Source: Candidatus Saccharimonadota bacterium (lineage in GTDB: Bacteria; Bacteroidota; Bacteroidia; Flavobacteriales; Blattabacteriaceae). Taken from it: a stretch of 32,000 nucleotides of DNA. Below, in pieces: positions 20,859-29,756 of this stretch; position 1 is the stretch's first letter, and each line of letters opens with the position of its first letter. Under the pieces are notes generated by a model, which saw only the letters and a list, made by a program, of their open reading frames with translations, made no database searches and was not told the DNA's origin. The position numbers were made by a program, and so were the translations under genes. Location of the stretch: positions 210,001 to 242,000 of the forward strand of contig NZ_CP006873.1 in the NCBI RefSeq assembly GCF_000709555.1. The letters run 5' to 3'.

Positions 20859-21338
20859 TTAATGAATTTTTAGAATTTCTAGCACAATTTTATTTCCGTT
20901 AGGGAGTCTAATATTAGAAGTTTCTCCAATCTTTTTTCCTAGTAACCCTTGGGCAATTGGTGTTTTTATAGATATTCTACCTGCGCTTAAATCAGCTTCA
21001 CTTTCAGGAACCAACGTATAAATATGAATTATTCCCTTAGTAATATTTTTTATGTGGACGGTAGAAAGAATAGATACCTTAGAACGATCCACTTGAGAAC
21101 TATCTATCACGCGTGCATGAGAAATTTTTTCTTTTATACGTGCAATACGCATTTCTATCAATTCCTGAGCTGCTTTAGCAGCGTCATATTCTGCATTTTC
21201 TGATAAATCTCCTTTATCTCGAGCTTCAGAAATTTGTTGAGATATTCGAGATCGTTCTACTGTTTCAAGATGTTCAACTTCTTTAATAAGTTTTTTTAAT
21301 CCTTCTTCTGTCAGATATTCGGATTTTTCTATAGGCAT
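20859..21338 (-). CDS. greA: Transcription elongation factor GreA
   Basis: From the internal Met the sequence reads MPIEKSEYLTEEGLKKL...AR.KGDLSENAEYDAAK. The upstream 16 ORF codons approach the tRNA-Glu gene and were trimmed. Confidence 0.9.
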   Translation of the reverse strand: MPIEKSEYLTEEGLKKLIKEVEHLETVERSRISQQISEARDKGDLSENAEYDAAKAAQELIEMRIARIKEKISHARVIDSSQVDRSKVSILSTVHIKNITKGIIHIYTLVPESEADLSAGRISIKTPIAQGLLGKKIGETSNIRLPNGNKIVLEILKIH

Positions 21339-21393
21339 TTTATTTTCTTTAAAAATGGGAATTATAATATTCAGGGGTTCACACATAATGAGT

Positions 21394-21465
21394 TAGCCCA
21401 TAGGGGAATCGAACCCCTCTTTTCAGAATGAAAACCTGATGTCCTAACCGCTAGACGAATGGGCC
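21394..21465 (-). tRNA. tRNA-Glu (anticodon UUC)
   Basis: The reverse complement folds as follows. Acceptor is GGCCCAT/ATGGGCT. D arm is GTCT-AGCGGTTA-GGAC. Anticodon stem is TCAGG/TCTGA with loop TTTTCAT. T arm is AGGGG-TTCGATT-CCCCT. Confidence 0.92.
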
Positions 21466-21467
21466 AT

Positions 21468-21725
21468 TTATTTGATTGCATTTATAGCACTAGCCAACTT
21501 ACTTTTTAAGTTAGCAGCTTTATTTTTATGTATAATTTTCTTCTTAGCTAGTGTATCCAGCTTTGAACTTAAATATGAGTAATAAGACTCAAGGTAATTT
21601 ATATCTCTTGCTTTTTCTATTTCTTTACGAATTTGTTTTACAATTGTACGAACAGTTTTGTAGCTATATCTATTACGTAACCGACGATTTTTATTATGTA
21701 GAATTTTCTTTTTTATATTTGACAT
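21468..21725 (-). CDS. rpsT: 30S ribosomal protein S20
   Basis: 85 aa and basic. The pattern K..L.N...RL.NR..K...RT..K..R is typical of bS20. Confidence 0.9.
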   Translation of the reverse strand: MSNIKKKILHNKNRRLRNRYSYKTVRTIVKQIRKEIEKARDINYLESYYSYLSSKLDTLAKKKIIHKNKAANLKSKLASAINAIK

Positions 21726-21816
21726 GGATAATTTTTTCTATTTACACTTTATAGAGAAAAAAATTTCCCACTACAAAAGTAGATCAAGAAACTTCGTAAA
21801 TCAAAATTATATAAGC

Positions 21817-23067
21817 TTAGTTAGGTTCAGACCACCTTTTTAAGGAAAATCCTAATTGTTTTATATCTCTCCAAAAATTCGGATAAGATTTTTCTACTAC
21901 ATTTGGGTTTTGTATAATCATTGATCTGTATAATGCTAAAGGAGCAAAAGACATAGCCATTCTATGATCATTATAAGTCTGGATTAGTGGTTTCCCATCA
22001 GCATTTTTAAAATTAAAAATCTCTAAGGAATTTTCTGTCATATATGTTCTAACACCTACTTTAAATAACTCATTTTGTAAAGCCTGTAACCGGTCTGTTT
22101 CTTTTATTTTTAAAGTTTCAAGTCCGGTTAATAAACATTTTATTTTTAACCCTGTACAACTTATAGCAATAGTTTGTGCGATATCCGGACATTGATTTAA
22201 ATCACATTCAAAATATTCTGGGAGGTTCCGTGAAGGATCCTTTGTAAGAAAAAGACTATTTTCTTTAAAAGAAGTTTTTACTCCAAAGTAATTACAATAA
22301 ATCTCATATAACTTTTGATCACCTTGCAAACTTTCTTTTTTATAAATGCTTAATTGGATATCTACTTGTTTAGACATTGCAGCTAAAGAATAATAATAGG
22401 AAGCAGAGCTCCAGTCTGATTCAACAAAAAATTTTCTACTAGCAAGAGGTTCAGTTGCTGGGGAGATAAAAACTTCACGGTTATTCCAAAACACCGAAAT
22501 CCCAGCTTTTCTCAACAACTCTATAGTCATAGATATATAAGGTTTTGAAGTTATTTTTTTCTCGAGGTTCAGAGAAAGACCTTTTTCAAAAAAAGCCCCT
22601 ATTAACATCAATGCGCTTATATACTGACTACTAGTATCAGCCCTTACAGATAAGTTTCCTCCAATCAATTTGTTTCCATATATTTTTAAAGGAGGATATC
22701 CTTCGGTTCCTAAGTAATCAATATTAGCACCAAGTTTTCTAAGAGCTTGGACTAAGACTCCTATTGGTCGTTCGTGCATTCTTTTCGATCCAATAAGAGT
22801 GAAAGTTTTGTTAGATTGTATTGTGCAATAAGCTGTTAAAAAACGCATAGCAGTTCCAGCATTTTGAACATATAGGACATTATTAGGACCAAAAAGTGCT
22901 TTATGTAAAATTTTCGTGTCCTTCGCAGAAGACATATTTTCAATATTCAGATTTTTAGGAAAAAGTCCTTTTAAAATAAGTAAACGATTGGATTCACTTT
23001 TGGACCCTCCTATAGTTAGCCTACCACTAAGGCTGGACTCGTCTTTATAAAGTTCAATATACGTCAT
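21817..23067 (-). CDS. aroA: 3-phosphoshikimate 1-carboxyvinyltransferase (EPSP synthase)
   Basis: 416 aa. Motifs are GSKSESNRLLIL, NAGTAMRFL, SSQYISALML and DHRMAMSFAPLAL. Confidence 0.93.
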   Translation of the reverse strand: MTYIELYKDESSLSGRLTIGGSKSESNRLLILKGLFPKNLNIENMSSAKDTKILHKALFGPNNVLYVQNAGTAMRFLTAYCTIQSNKTFTLIGSKRMHERPIGVLVQALRKLGANIDYLGTEGYPPLKIYGNKLIGGNLSVRADTSSQYISALMLIGAFFEKGLSLNLEKKITSKPYISMTIELLRKAGISVFWNNREVFISPATEPLASRKFFVESDWSSASYYYSLAAMSKQVDIQLSIYKKESLQGDQKLYEIYCNYFGVKTSFKENSLFLTKDPSRNLPEYFECDLNQCPDIAQTIAISCTGLKIKCLLTGLETLKIKETDRLQALQNELFKVGVRTYMTENSLEIFNFKNADGKPLIQTYNDHRMAMSFAPLALYRSMIIQNPNVVEKSYPNFWRDIKQLGFSLKRWSEPN

Positions 23068-23155
23068 AATTATTGCGATATATCGGTTTTCGACAGCTAT
23101 GGGGAATTGAAATATATTTTATATTTATGGTTAAAAGTTACATGATATAAAAAGA

Positions 23156-24235
23156 ATGATTATGCAAACACTAAATGAATTAGACCAAGATTGGATGAGA
23201 TGTTTTCAAAAACCGATTATTATATCAGGTCCTTGCAGTGCAGAAAGTCAAGAACAACTGCTGGAAATTTCTAAAAATCTGGACAAGTCTTATGTGAAAA
23301 TTTTTCGAGCTGGCATATGGAAACCTCGCACGAAACCTGGAGGTTTTGAGGGAGTAGGGGAAATTGGTCTAAAATGGCTCCAAAAAGTCAAAGAGGAAAC
23401 AGGAATGATGATTGCTACAGAAGTAGCGAATACTGACCATGTAAAGGCTTCCCTGGCCTATGATATTGATATCCTATGGATAGGTGCTAGAAGTACAGTT
23501 AATCCGTTTACGGTCCAAGAAATTGCTGAGTCATTAAAGAATACAGAAAAAATAATACTTGTAAAGAATCCTATAAATCCTGATTTTGATTTATGGGTAG
23601 GAGCCCTAGAACGTCTTGTAGCTCAGGGAATAAAAAAAATAGGCGTAATCCACAGAGGATTTTCTTATTATAAAAAATCCCAATATCGGAATCATCCCCA
23701 TTGGGATATAGCATTGAATTTCAAAAATTTCTATGGGAATATTCCTATTATATGCGACCCTTCACATATTTGCGGAGAAAGAGAAGGCATTGCTACCGTT
23801 GCAAAACAAGCGTTGAATTTGGAATACGACGGATTAATGATAGAGAGTCACTGTAATCCAGATAAAGCATGGAGCGATTCTAAACAACAAATAACCCCAC
23901 AACAACTTGTCAAAATTCTTAAAAAAATTGAGTTTAGTAAAGAACAAGATTCAAAAAAAACTCAAATAGAAATATTACGTGATAAAATTGATGAACTAGA
24001 TGAGAATGTTCTTTCATTATTAGCAAGTAGATTCCTTTTATCGAGAGAGATTGGCATGCTCAAAAAAAAGCATAATGTAGACATATTCCAACCTAACCGG
24101 TGGAAACAAATAATGGAAAAATTAGAATGTTTTGGGAAAAATGTAGAATTGTCTTCAGATTTTATTAAAGTCTTTTTAGAAATAATCCATCAGGAATCAA
24201 TTCAGATTCAAAATCGTGTTATGCTTGATAGGTGA
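23156..24235 (+). CDS. Bifunctional 3-deoxy-7-phosphoheptulonate (DAHP) synthase, class I-beta, fused to C-terminal chorismate mutase (AroQ)
   Basis: The N-terminal ~260 aa are KDSA/DAHPS-like (ISGPCSAES, FRAG.WKPRT.P..F.G, CDPSH). The C-terminal ~90 aa form a CM helix bundle (LR..ID.LD..VL.LLA.R...S..IG..K). This fusion is common in Bacteroidota. Confidence 0.88.
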   Translation: MIMQTLNELDQDWMRCFQKPIIISGPCSAESQEQLLEISKNLDKSYVKIFRAGIWKPRTKPGGFEGVGEIGLKWLQKVKEETGMMIATEVANTDHVKASLAYDIDILWIGARSTVNPFTVQEIAESLKNTEKIILVKNPINPDFDLWVGALERLVAQGIKKIGVIHRGFSYYKKSQYRNHPHWDIALNFKNFYGNIPIICDPSHICGEREGIATVAKQALNLEYDGLMIESHCNPDKAWSDSKQQITPQQLVKILKKIEFSKEQDSKKTQIEILRDKIDELDENVLSLLASRFLLSREIGMLKKKHNVDIFQPNRWKQIMEKLECFGKNVELSSDFIKVFLEIIHQESIQIQNRVMLDR

Positions 24236-24327
24236 TGCTTTTGATACGCAGGAAAACACTAAGACGCCTTAAAAGACTGTTGCTAGATTTATCGCTTTGT
24301 GGATGAATAATTAACTACTAAAAGTAT

Positions 24328-26442
24328 TTACTTCTTCGGCAGAGATTTATCCTCGTATACTTCAATATAGTCTCCTATTTTGAGAGCATTATAGTTCTTT
24401 ATTTGCAATCCGCATTCATAACCTTTAGAGACTTCTTTTACATCTTCTTTAAATCGTTTAAGAGAAGCTAATTCGCCATGAAATATGACAATACCGTCTC
24501 GGATTAATTTGATTTTAGCAGGACGAAATATTTTCCCGTTAATAACCATACATCCAGCAACGGTTCCTACTATTTTAGGAATATTAAAGATATTACGAAT
24601 CTCAGCAGTACCACATATTTGTTCTTGAAGTTTAGGAGAATACATTCCTTCTATAACGTTAGAAATTTCCCTAATTACATCATAAATAATTGAATATGTA
24701 CGTATTTCAATCTGTTCTCTTTCTGCAATTTTTCTGGCATTAGGAGTTGTTCTAACATTGAATCCTATAATGATAGAATGAGAGGCACTGGCTAGTAAAA
24801 CATCTGATTCAGTAATTTGTCCTACACCTTTGTGAATAATATTTACCAATACTTCCTTTTTAGACAGATTTTTTAGTGCATTCATAATAGCTTCTACGGA
24901 ACCGTCTACATCTCCCTTAAGAATAATTTTTATTTCCTTCCCTGCTACGTTAACGTTAGTTAACGTAACATGCTTATGTATGCGAAGATTGTGCTCTCTT
25001 TGTAATTGTTGTTTTTTTAAAGCCAGTTGTTTAGCTTCCTTATCATTACTGAACACTTTAAATTTATCACCAGCTGTAGGACCACCGTTAAGTCCCAATA
25101 TAGATACAGGTTTTGAAGGACCGGCATTTTTAATGGAATTACCTCTTTCATCGAAAAGGGCCTTAACTTTTCCGTGGAAGATCCCTGCTAATATGTAGTC
25201 TCCAAGTTTGATAGTCCCAGATTGAACAAGGATAGTAGTCATATATCCACGACCTTTATCGAGAGTAGATTCAATGATTGTCCCAGAAGCCATTTTATTT
25301 GGATTAGCTTTCAATCCTAAAAGTTCAGCTTCTAGCCAAACCTTATCGAGTAATTGTTCAATACCTTCCCCTGTTTTTGCAGAAATTTCCTGAGACTGAT
25401 ATTGACCTCCCCATTCTTCTACCAAGATATTTATGTTAGCTAGCTGTTCACGTATTTTATCAGGATTTGCCGTAGGTTTATCTATTTTATTTAAAGCAAA
25501 TATTAGAGGAACTCCAGCTACTTTTGCGTGATTTATTGCTTCTTTGGTTTGCGGCATAACTTCCTCATCCGATGCTATAACAATAATAACAATATCAGTT
25601 ATCTTAGTGCCTCGGGCGCGCATTGACGTAAATGCCTCATGACCAGGAGTATCAAGAAAAGTAAGACATCGGCCGTTTTTTAATTCTACACTATAAGCAC
25701 CTATATGCTGTGTAATTCCTCCAGATTCACAAGATTTAGTATTTCTAACATAATCTAAAAATGACGTTTTTCCGTGGTCTACGTGACCCATAACTGTGAT
25801 AATGGGTGCACGACTATGCAGACTTTCTTTTGGATCTTCCTCTTCCTTCATAACTTTATCTATATCTTCTCCGACAAAATCTATACTGTATCCGAATTCA
25901 TCAGCTACTAGGGGAAGTATTTCTGCGTCTAAACGTTGATTCATTGTTACCATAACACCTAAAGACATACAAGTAGTAATTAATTGTGTGCTAGAAACAT
26001 TCATCAGAGAAGCTAATTCATTTACAGTAATAAACTCAACTATTTGAAGTACTTTTTTAGGTTTTGAATCAAGCGTTTTATTATCTTCTTTTGGTGGTTG
26101 TTTTTTTTTCCTATACTTTAAAAGTGTTGATTTCTTATTTTTTACAGGGACTTTTGAAAAAGTTTCCTTAATTTTTTCTACACGTTGTCTCACATTTTCT
26201 ATTCCACTACGCAAAGTACGTTGCTTTTTTTTATCGGATTTATTTTTTTCAAATTGAGACAGATCTATTTGATCTCCTGTAAATACAGGACCTGGAAGTT
26301 TTTTATATTGTGTTTTTATAGAAATGTCTGTTTTTGATTTTGAACCGTCTGTTTTTGATTTTGATTTTGAACCGTCTGTTTTTGATTTTGAACCGTCTGT
26401 TTTTGAAACTGGTATCAGAGAATCACTCTTTATGTGAACCAT
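24328..26442 (-). CDS. infB: Translation initiation factor IF-2, main ORF lacking the N-terminal IF2_N domain
   Basis: G-domain motifs GHVDHGKT, DTPGH and NKID are present, as are the C-terminal domains. The repetitive Lys/Ser-rich N-terminal linker contains TDGSKSK repeats. Confidence 0.93.
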   Translation of the reverse strand: MVHIKSDSLIPVSKTDGSKSKTDGSKSKSKTDGSKSKTDISIKTQYKKLPGPVFTGDQIDLSQFEKNKSDKKKQRTLRSGIENVRQRVEKIKETFSKVPVKNKKSTLLKYRKKKQPPKEDNKTLDSKPKKVLQIVEFITVNELASLMNVSSTQLITTCMSLGVMVTMNQRLDAEILPLVADEFGYSIDFVGEDIDKVMKEEEDPKESLHSRAPIITVMGHVDHGKTSFLDYVRNTKSCESGGITQHIGAYSVELKNGRCLTFLDTPGHEAFTSMRARGTKITDIVIIVIASDEEVMPQTKEAINHAKVAGVPLIFALNKIDKPTANPDKIREQLANINILVEEWGGQYQSQEISAKTGEGIEQLLDKVWLEAELLGLKANPNKMASGTIIESTLDKGRGYMTTILVQSGTIKLGDYILAGIFHGKVKALFDERGNSIKNAGPSKPVSILGLNGGPTAGDKFKVFSNDKEAKQLALKKQQLQREHNLRIHKHVTLTNVNVAGKEIKIILKGDVDGSVEAIMNALKNLSKKEVLVNIIHKGVGQITESDVLLASASHSIIIGFNVRTTPNARKIAEREQIEIRTYSIIYDVIREISNVIEGMYSPKLQEQICGTAEIRNIFNIPKIVGTVAGCMVINGKIFRPAKIKLIRDGIVIFHGELASLKRFKEDVKEVSKGYECGLQIKNYNALKIGDYIEVYEDKSLPKK
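26326..26406. repeat. Tandem 21-nt repeat (GTCTGTTTTTGATTTTGAACC) x about 3.5, one unit carrying an extra GATTTT
   Basis: Read directly. Units lie at 26326-26346, 26347-26373 (27 nt) and 26374-26394, with a partial unit at 26395-26406. The repeat is in frame and encodes (TDGSKSK)n in IF-2. Confidence 0.9.
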
Positions 26443-26602
26443 CTTTCACTTTTTTGTCTTCTTTAAACTCATTTACTAGTAGTTGATAGGGGGTGGGATT
26501 TATATTAACTTCTATATTTTTTGTTCTGAGAAAGTGTACCACTCTTTGTAAGGATACATTTAATTCTTTCAATATTACTCTTAATCTGATATTATCAGTC
26601 AT
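26423..26602 (-). CDS. Detached IF-2 N-terminal domain fragment (59 codons), in a different frame from the infB main ORF
   Basis: Hand translation gives MTDNIRLRVILKELNVSLQRVVHFLRTKNIEVNINPTPYQLLVNEFKEDKKVKDGSHKE*. The IRL..V.KELN.....V..L pattern is the IF2_N motif. Its ATG overlaps the nusA stop as ATGA. Its stop (26423-26425) lies 17 nt beyond the infB ATG (26442). Confidence 0.65.
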   Translation of the reverse strand: MTDNIRLRVILKELNVSLQRVVHFLRTKNIEVNINPTPYQLLVNEFKEDKKVKDGSHKE

Positions 26603-27831
26603 TTTTTTAATTCTTCTCTTAATATTCGTAAGACATCCAAAATCATTTGTTTCTCTAATTTAGTTTTCTTTATTATATCTTCCAGATCGGAATTTAGGAT
26701 GGATCTCGCTGTAGAAAGGCCTGTACTTTTAAAGTTATCAATTATCCAAGGTTCTATTTCGTCACTAAATTCAGTGAGTTCCACATCCTCCTCAGACATA
26801 AAATCTCTAATAATAACAATTTTATACCCAGTGAGTTTACTTACTAAACGAAGATTTTGTCCATTACGTCCTACGGTTTTAGATACATGATCAGGATGTA
26901 ACGAGACCTTGGCTATTTTATTTTTTTCATCTATCTCAATTTTAGAGATTTTCGCCGGGCTTAGAGCACGAATAATATACAACTGACTATTGTCAGTATA
27001 ATTTATAATATCTATCTTTTCAGATATTAATTCTTTAACAATAGAATGGATACGCATCCCTCTGACTCCAACACAGGCCCCAACTGGGTCAATCCTATCA
27101 TCATAAGATGATACAGCGACTTTGGCTTTTTCTCCAGGAATCCGGACAATGTCTTTTATCGAAATCAATCCTTCAAAAACTTCAGGAATTTCCTGCTCAA
27201 AAAGTTTTTTTAGAAATGCTGTATCACTTCGTGATAGAATAATTATTGGCCTGTTACCTTCTAAGAGAACATTTTTAATTAGAGCACGTATACGACCACT
27301 CTTTCTACTCAAATCGTTAGCCATCTGTTCTTTTTTTGGAAGGATCATTTCATTTTTGTTATCATCACGTATGATGAGATTTTGATTATCACATGTATAG
27401 TGAATCTCTCCGACGATAAGTTCCCCGATTTTTTTGTGAAATTTTTTATAAATAACTGTGTTATAGTATTCTTTACTTTGAGTAAAGATATTTTTTTTTA
27501 AAGAAAGAATAGCCCTTCGACCTAAATCTTTAAGTTCTACTTTTTCAGATACATATTCTCCTATTTCAAAATCAGGCTCTATTTTTTTTGCTTCAGAAAG
27601 TTCAATTTGTTCATTCTCTTCCTCAACAGATCCGTCTTCCACGATTGTACGATTGCGCCATATTTCAAGATCACCTTTATCAGGATTGACTATAATGTCG
27701 AAATTCTTTGAAGATCCAGATTTTTGACGTAAAATATTTCTAATAGCTTTCTCAAGTATAGCTCTAAGAGTAGAGCTATCTATCTTTTTTTCCTCCTGAA
27801 AATTTATTAAGGCCAGATTAATATTATCCAT
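26599..27831 (-). CDS. nusA: Transcription termination/antitermination factor NusA
   Basis: 410 aa with an N-terminal domain, S1 and KH1/KH2 (DPVGACVG..G.RI, VGRNGQN.RL). It sits upstream of infB as usual. Confidence 0.95.
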   Translation of the reverse strand: MDNINLALINFQEEKKIDSSTLRAILEKAIRNILRQKSGSSKNFDIIVNPDKGDLEIWRNRTIVEDGSVEEENEQIELSEAKKIEPDFEIGEYVSEKVELKDLGRRAILSLKKNIFTQSKEYYNTVIYKKFHKKIGELIVGEIHYTCDNQNLIIRDDNKNEMILPKKEQMANDLSRKSGRIRALIKNVLLEGNRPIIILSRSDTAFLKKLFEQEIPEVFEGLISIKDIVRIPGEKAKVAVSSYDDRIDPVGACVGVRGMRIHSIVKELISEKIDIINYTDNSQLYIIRALSPAKISKIEIDEKNKIAKVSLHPDHVSKTVGRNGQNLRLVSKLTGYKIVIIRDFMSEEDVELTEFSDEIEPWIIDNFKSTGLSTARSILNSDLEDIIKKTKLEKQMILDVLRILREELKK

Positions 27832-27897
27832 AGGAGATCACTTTTTATTTTGAAACATGTAATATATGTTTTTTTCACCAAAATGACAAATCCACGT

Positions 27898-28110
27898 TTA
27901 TCTTAACCATCGTGAGTCCGCTCTGGAGCAAGTTATTCTGTAGTGGGTAGGCAGGAAAGAGGCCGTAGAAAACGTGATTGACAACCTGGATAAAATTTTT
28001 ATTATATTGGCTAAGAAAATCGCACGAAACATTTCAATACGATTTAGAATCGGCCCTACCGATATAAGCCCTATCCCTATATATATATAATATATTAAAG
28101 ATTCCATCAA
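27898..28110 (-). pseudogene. Possible truncated or degenerate rimP remnant (very tentative)
   Basis: The position immediately upstream of nusA is normally held by rimP. The 70-codon ORF shows only a faint resemblance (GPILNRIEMFRAI.. versus G..I.DC..VSRAI; LSITFSTAS versus LEVSSPG) and is about half the usual length. Confidence 0.2.
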
Positions 28111-28112
28111 TT

Positions 28113-28202
28113 ATGCCTAACGGAAAAAAAAGAAAAAAGAACAAGATTGCTACACATCAAAGAAAAAAAAAAAGCAGAAAAAATCGACATAAGAAGAAAT
28201 AA
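28113..28202 (+). CDS. 29-aa highly basic peptide (MPNGKKRKKNKIATHQRKKKSRKNRHKKK); resembles the small Lys/Arg-rich peptide conserved in Bacteroidota
   Basis: The ATG..TAA ORF was read by hand and is below the ORF-track size cutoff. The M-P-x-G-K-K-R-K...A-T-H-x-R-K-K...K-N-R-H-K-K-K pattern matches my recollection of a conserved ~30-aa family, annotated in some genomes as AURKAIP1/COX24-domain or THX-like. It contains an A11 run (28163-28173). Confidence 0.45.
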   Translation: MPNGKKRKKNKIATHQRKKKSRKNRHKKK

Positions 28203-28282
28203 TATACTCATTGTTCAGTGAAAGAGTGAATATAACCAATATATAGTGTTGGACTTTGTACTTAAGGATCTTAAAAGACTAA

Positions 28283-29744
28283 ATGAATAAAGAATTAATT
28301 ATACAAACAAATGAGAAAGAGGTAATTGTTGTTATTTTGGAAAACGTAAAATTATCGGAAATACATCGTTACAGCAAAAAAAAAATTTGTTAATTGGGGA
28401 TATCCACATTGGAGAAATCCAAGAAATAGTCCCGGGACTAAATGCTGCTTTTGTGAATATTGGATCTGGTCAACATGCTTTTCTTCATTATCAAGATATT
28501 GGTCCGAAATTAAAATCATTTATAAAATTATTATCATGTCATTATCCAGAAAATGTAGGTGAATTTATTCAAAATGGACAAATAATATTGGTCCAGATTA
28601 CTAAAGAATCTCTTTCAAAAAAAGGTCCTAAACTTACATCAGAAATTTACCTCTCAGGTCGTTATCTTATATTAATTCCTTTCGCAGAACAAATTTTAAT
28701 TTCAAAAAAAATCAAAGACAGAAAAGAAAGAGAACGATTAATTTCTCTTATACAGAGAATAAAACCAAAAAATTTTGGCCTAATTATTCGGACTATTGCG
28801 ATAAATAAAAGAATTCCAACTATTGAAAATGATTTCCTATCTATAACCAAGAAGTGGAAGAATCTCCTAAAATTTTTAACAAAAAAAAATTGACAGCAAG
28901 AATACTACGGGAAAGGGATAGAGCATTATTCATTCTAAAAGATCTTTTTTATGAGGATTTCACATCCATTATTTGTGATGATGATAATCTCTGCGATGAG
29001 ATGGATACCTATATCTCTAGCATTTATCCTAGTAAAACTGGGATTATTAAATATTATCGTGATAAGGAAATCCCTCTTTTTGATAAATTGGGTATTGAAA
29101 GTCAAATGAAAATCTCTTTAGGCAAGCATGTTACCCTAGGTCAAGGAGCTTATCTAATTATAGAACATACTGAAGCATTGCACGTCATTGACGTGAATAG
29201 TGGAATAAACCAGCATAAACAAATAAAATATAAAAATGTCGCTCTTGATGTAAATATTTTAGCAGCTACAGAAATTTCTAGACAATTAAGGTTAAGGGAT
29301 ATGGGAGGTCTTATCGTGGTAGATTTTATAGATCTGGTGGAATATCATCATCGTCAAAAATTATATGAACACCTAAAGATAGCAATGAAAAATGACAAAG
29401 CAAAATCTAAAATTTTACCCCCTAGCAAATTTGGTCTAATACAACTTACAAGACAAAGAGTACGTACTGAATTAAATATAGAAACTTCTGAAGAAAATCC
29501 TTCTAAAAATATAGAAGCGCCGGTTTCATATATATATATATCTAGAATAGAGTCTGTTTTCGAATTTCTTGTAAAAGAAAACATTAAAAAAATTACTTTG
29601 CATACTCATCCATTTCTAGCAGCTTATCTCCAACATGGATGGCCATCCAAACAGCAAAAATGGTTTCTACGATATAAAAAATGGATCAAAATTATTCAAA
29701 GAGATTCATTCAAATATCTTGAGTATCAAATTTTTTATAAATAA
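28283..29744 (+). pseudogene. rng: Ribonuclease G/E family (rng/cafA) split into three frames by two poly(A) tracts; possibly still expressed via slippage
   Basis: Segment 1 (28283 onward) reads MNKELIIQTNEKEV...HRYSKKK. The A10 tract lies at 28376-28385. Segment 2 (28387-28893) contains the S1 domain (GDIHIGEIQEIVPGLNAAFVNIG). The A9 tract lies at 28881-28889. Segment 3 (to 29744) contains the catalytic motifs HVIDVNSG and GGLIVVDFIDL. Adding one A at each tract gives one continuous ~487-aa RNase G. Confidence 0.85.
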
Positions 29745-29756
29745 AATTTTATCTTC

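Noticed and set aside
26423-26445. Programmed +1 ribosomal frameshift joining the IF2_N fragment to infB, analogous to prfB
   Set aside because: The overlap window has no slippery codon that allows re-pairing in the +1 frame (GAG TGA T is unlike CUU UGA C) and no upstream SD-like stimulator. A simple indel or split is more parsimonious.
27853-27875. Hairpin AAACAT-N7-ATGTTT followed by a T-run on the plus strand, just upstream of nusA, considered as a terminator
   Set aside because: No plus-strand gene ends here. On the minus strand, which is the relevant one, the T-run is on the wrong side. The 6-bp all-AT stem is easily produced by chance in this composition.
27900-28000. GC-rich core upstream of nusA, considered as SRP RNA or tmRNA
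   Set aside because: I could not find the SRP helix-8 motif (GGAA/GNAR tetraloop flanked by AGCA and GGUCC-like strands) on either strand. The tmRNA features were also absent: a GGGG...acceptor, a T-arm plus CCA, and an ANDxxYALAA-type tag.
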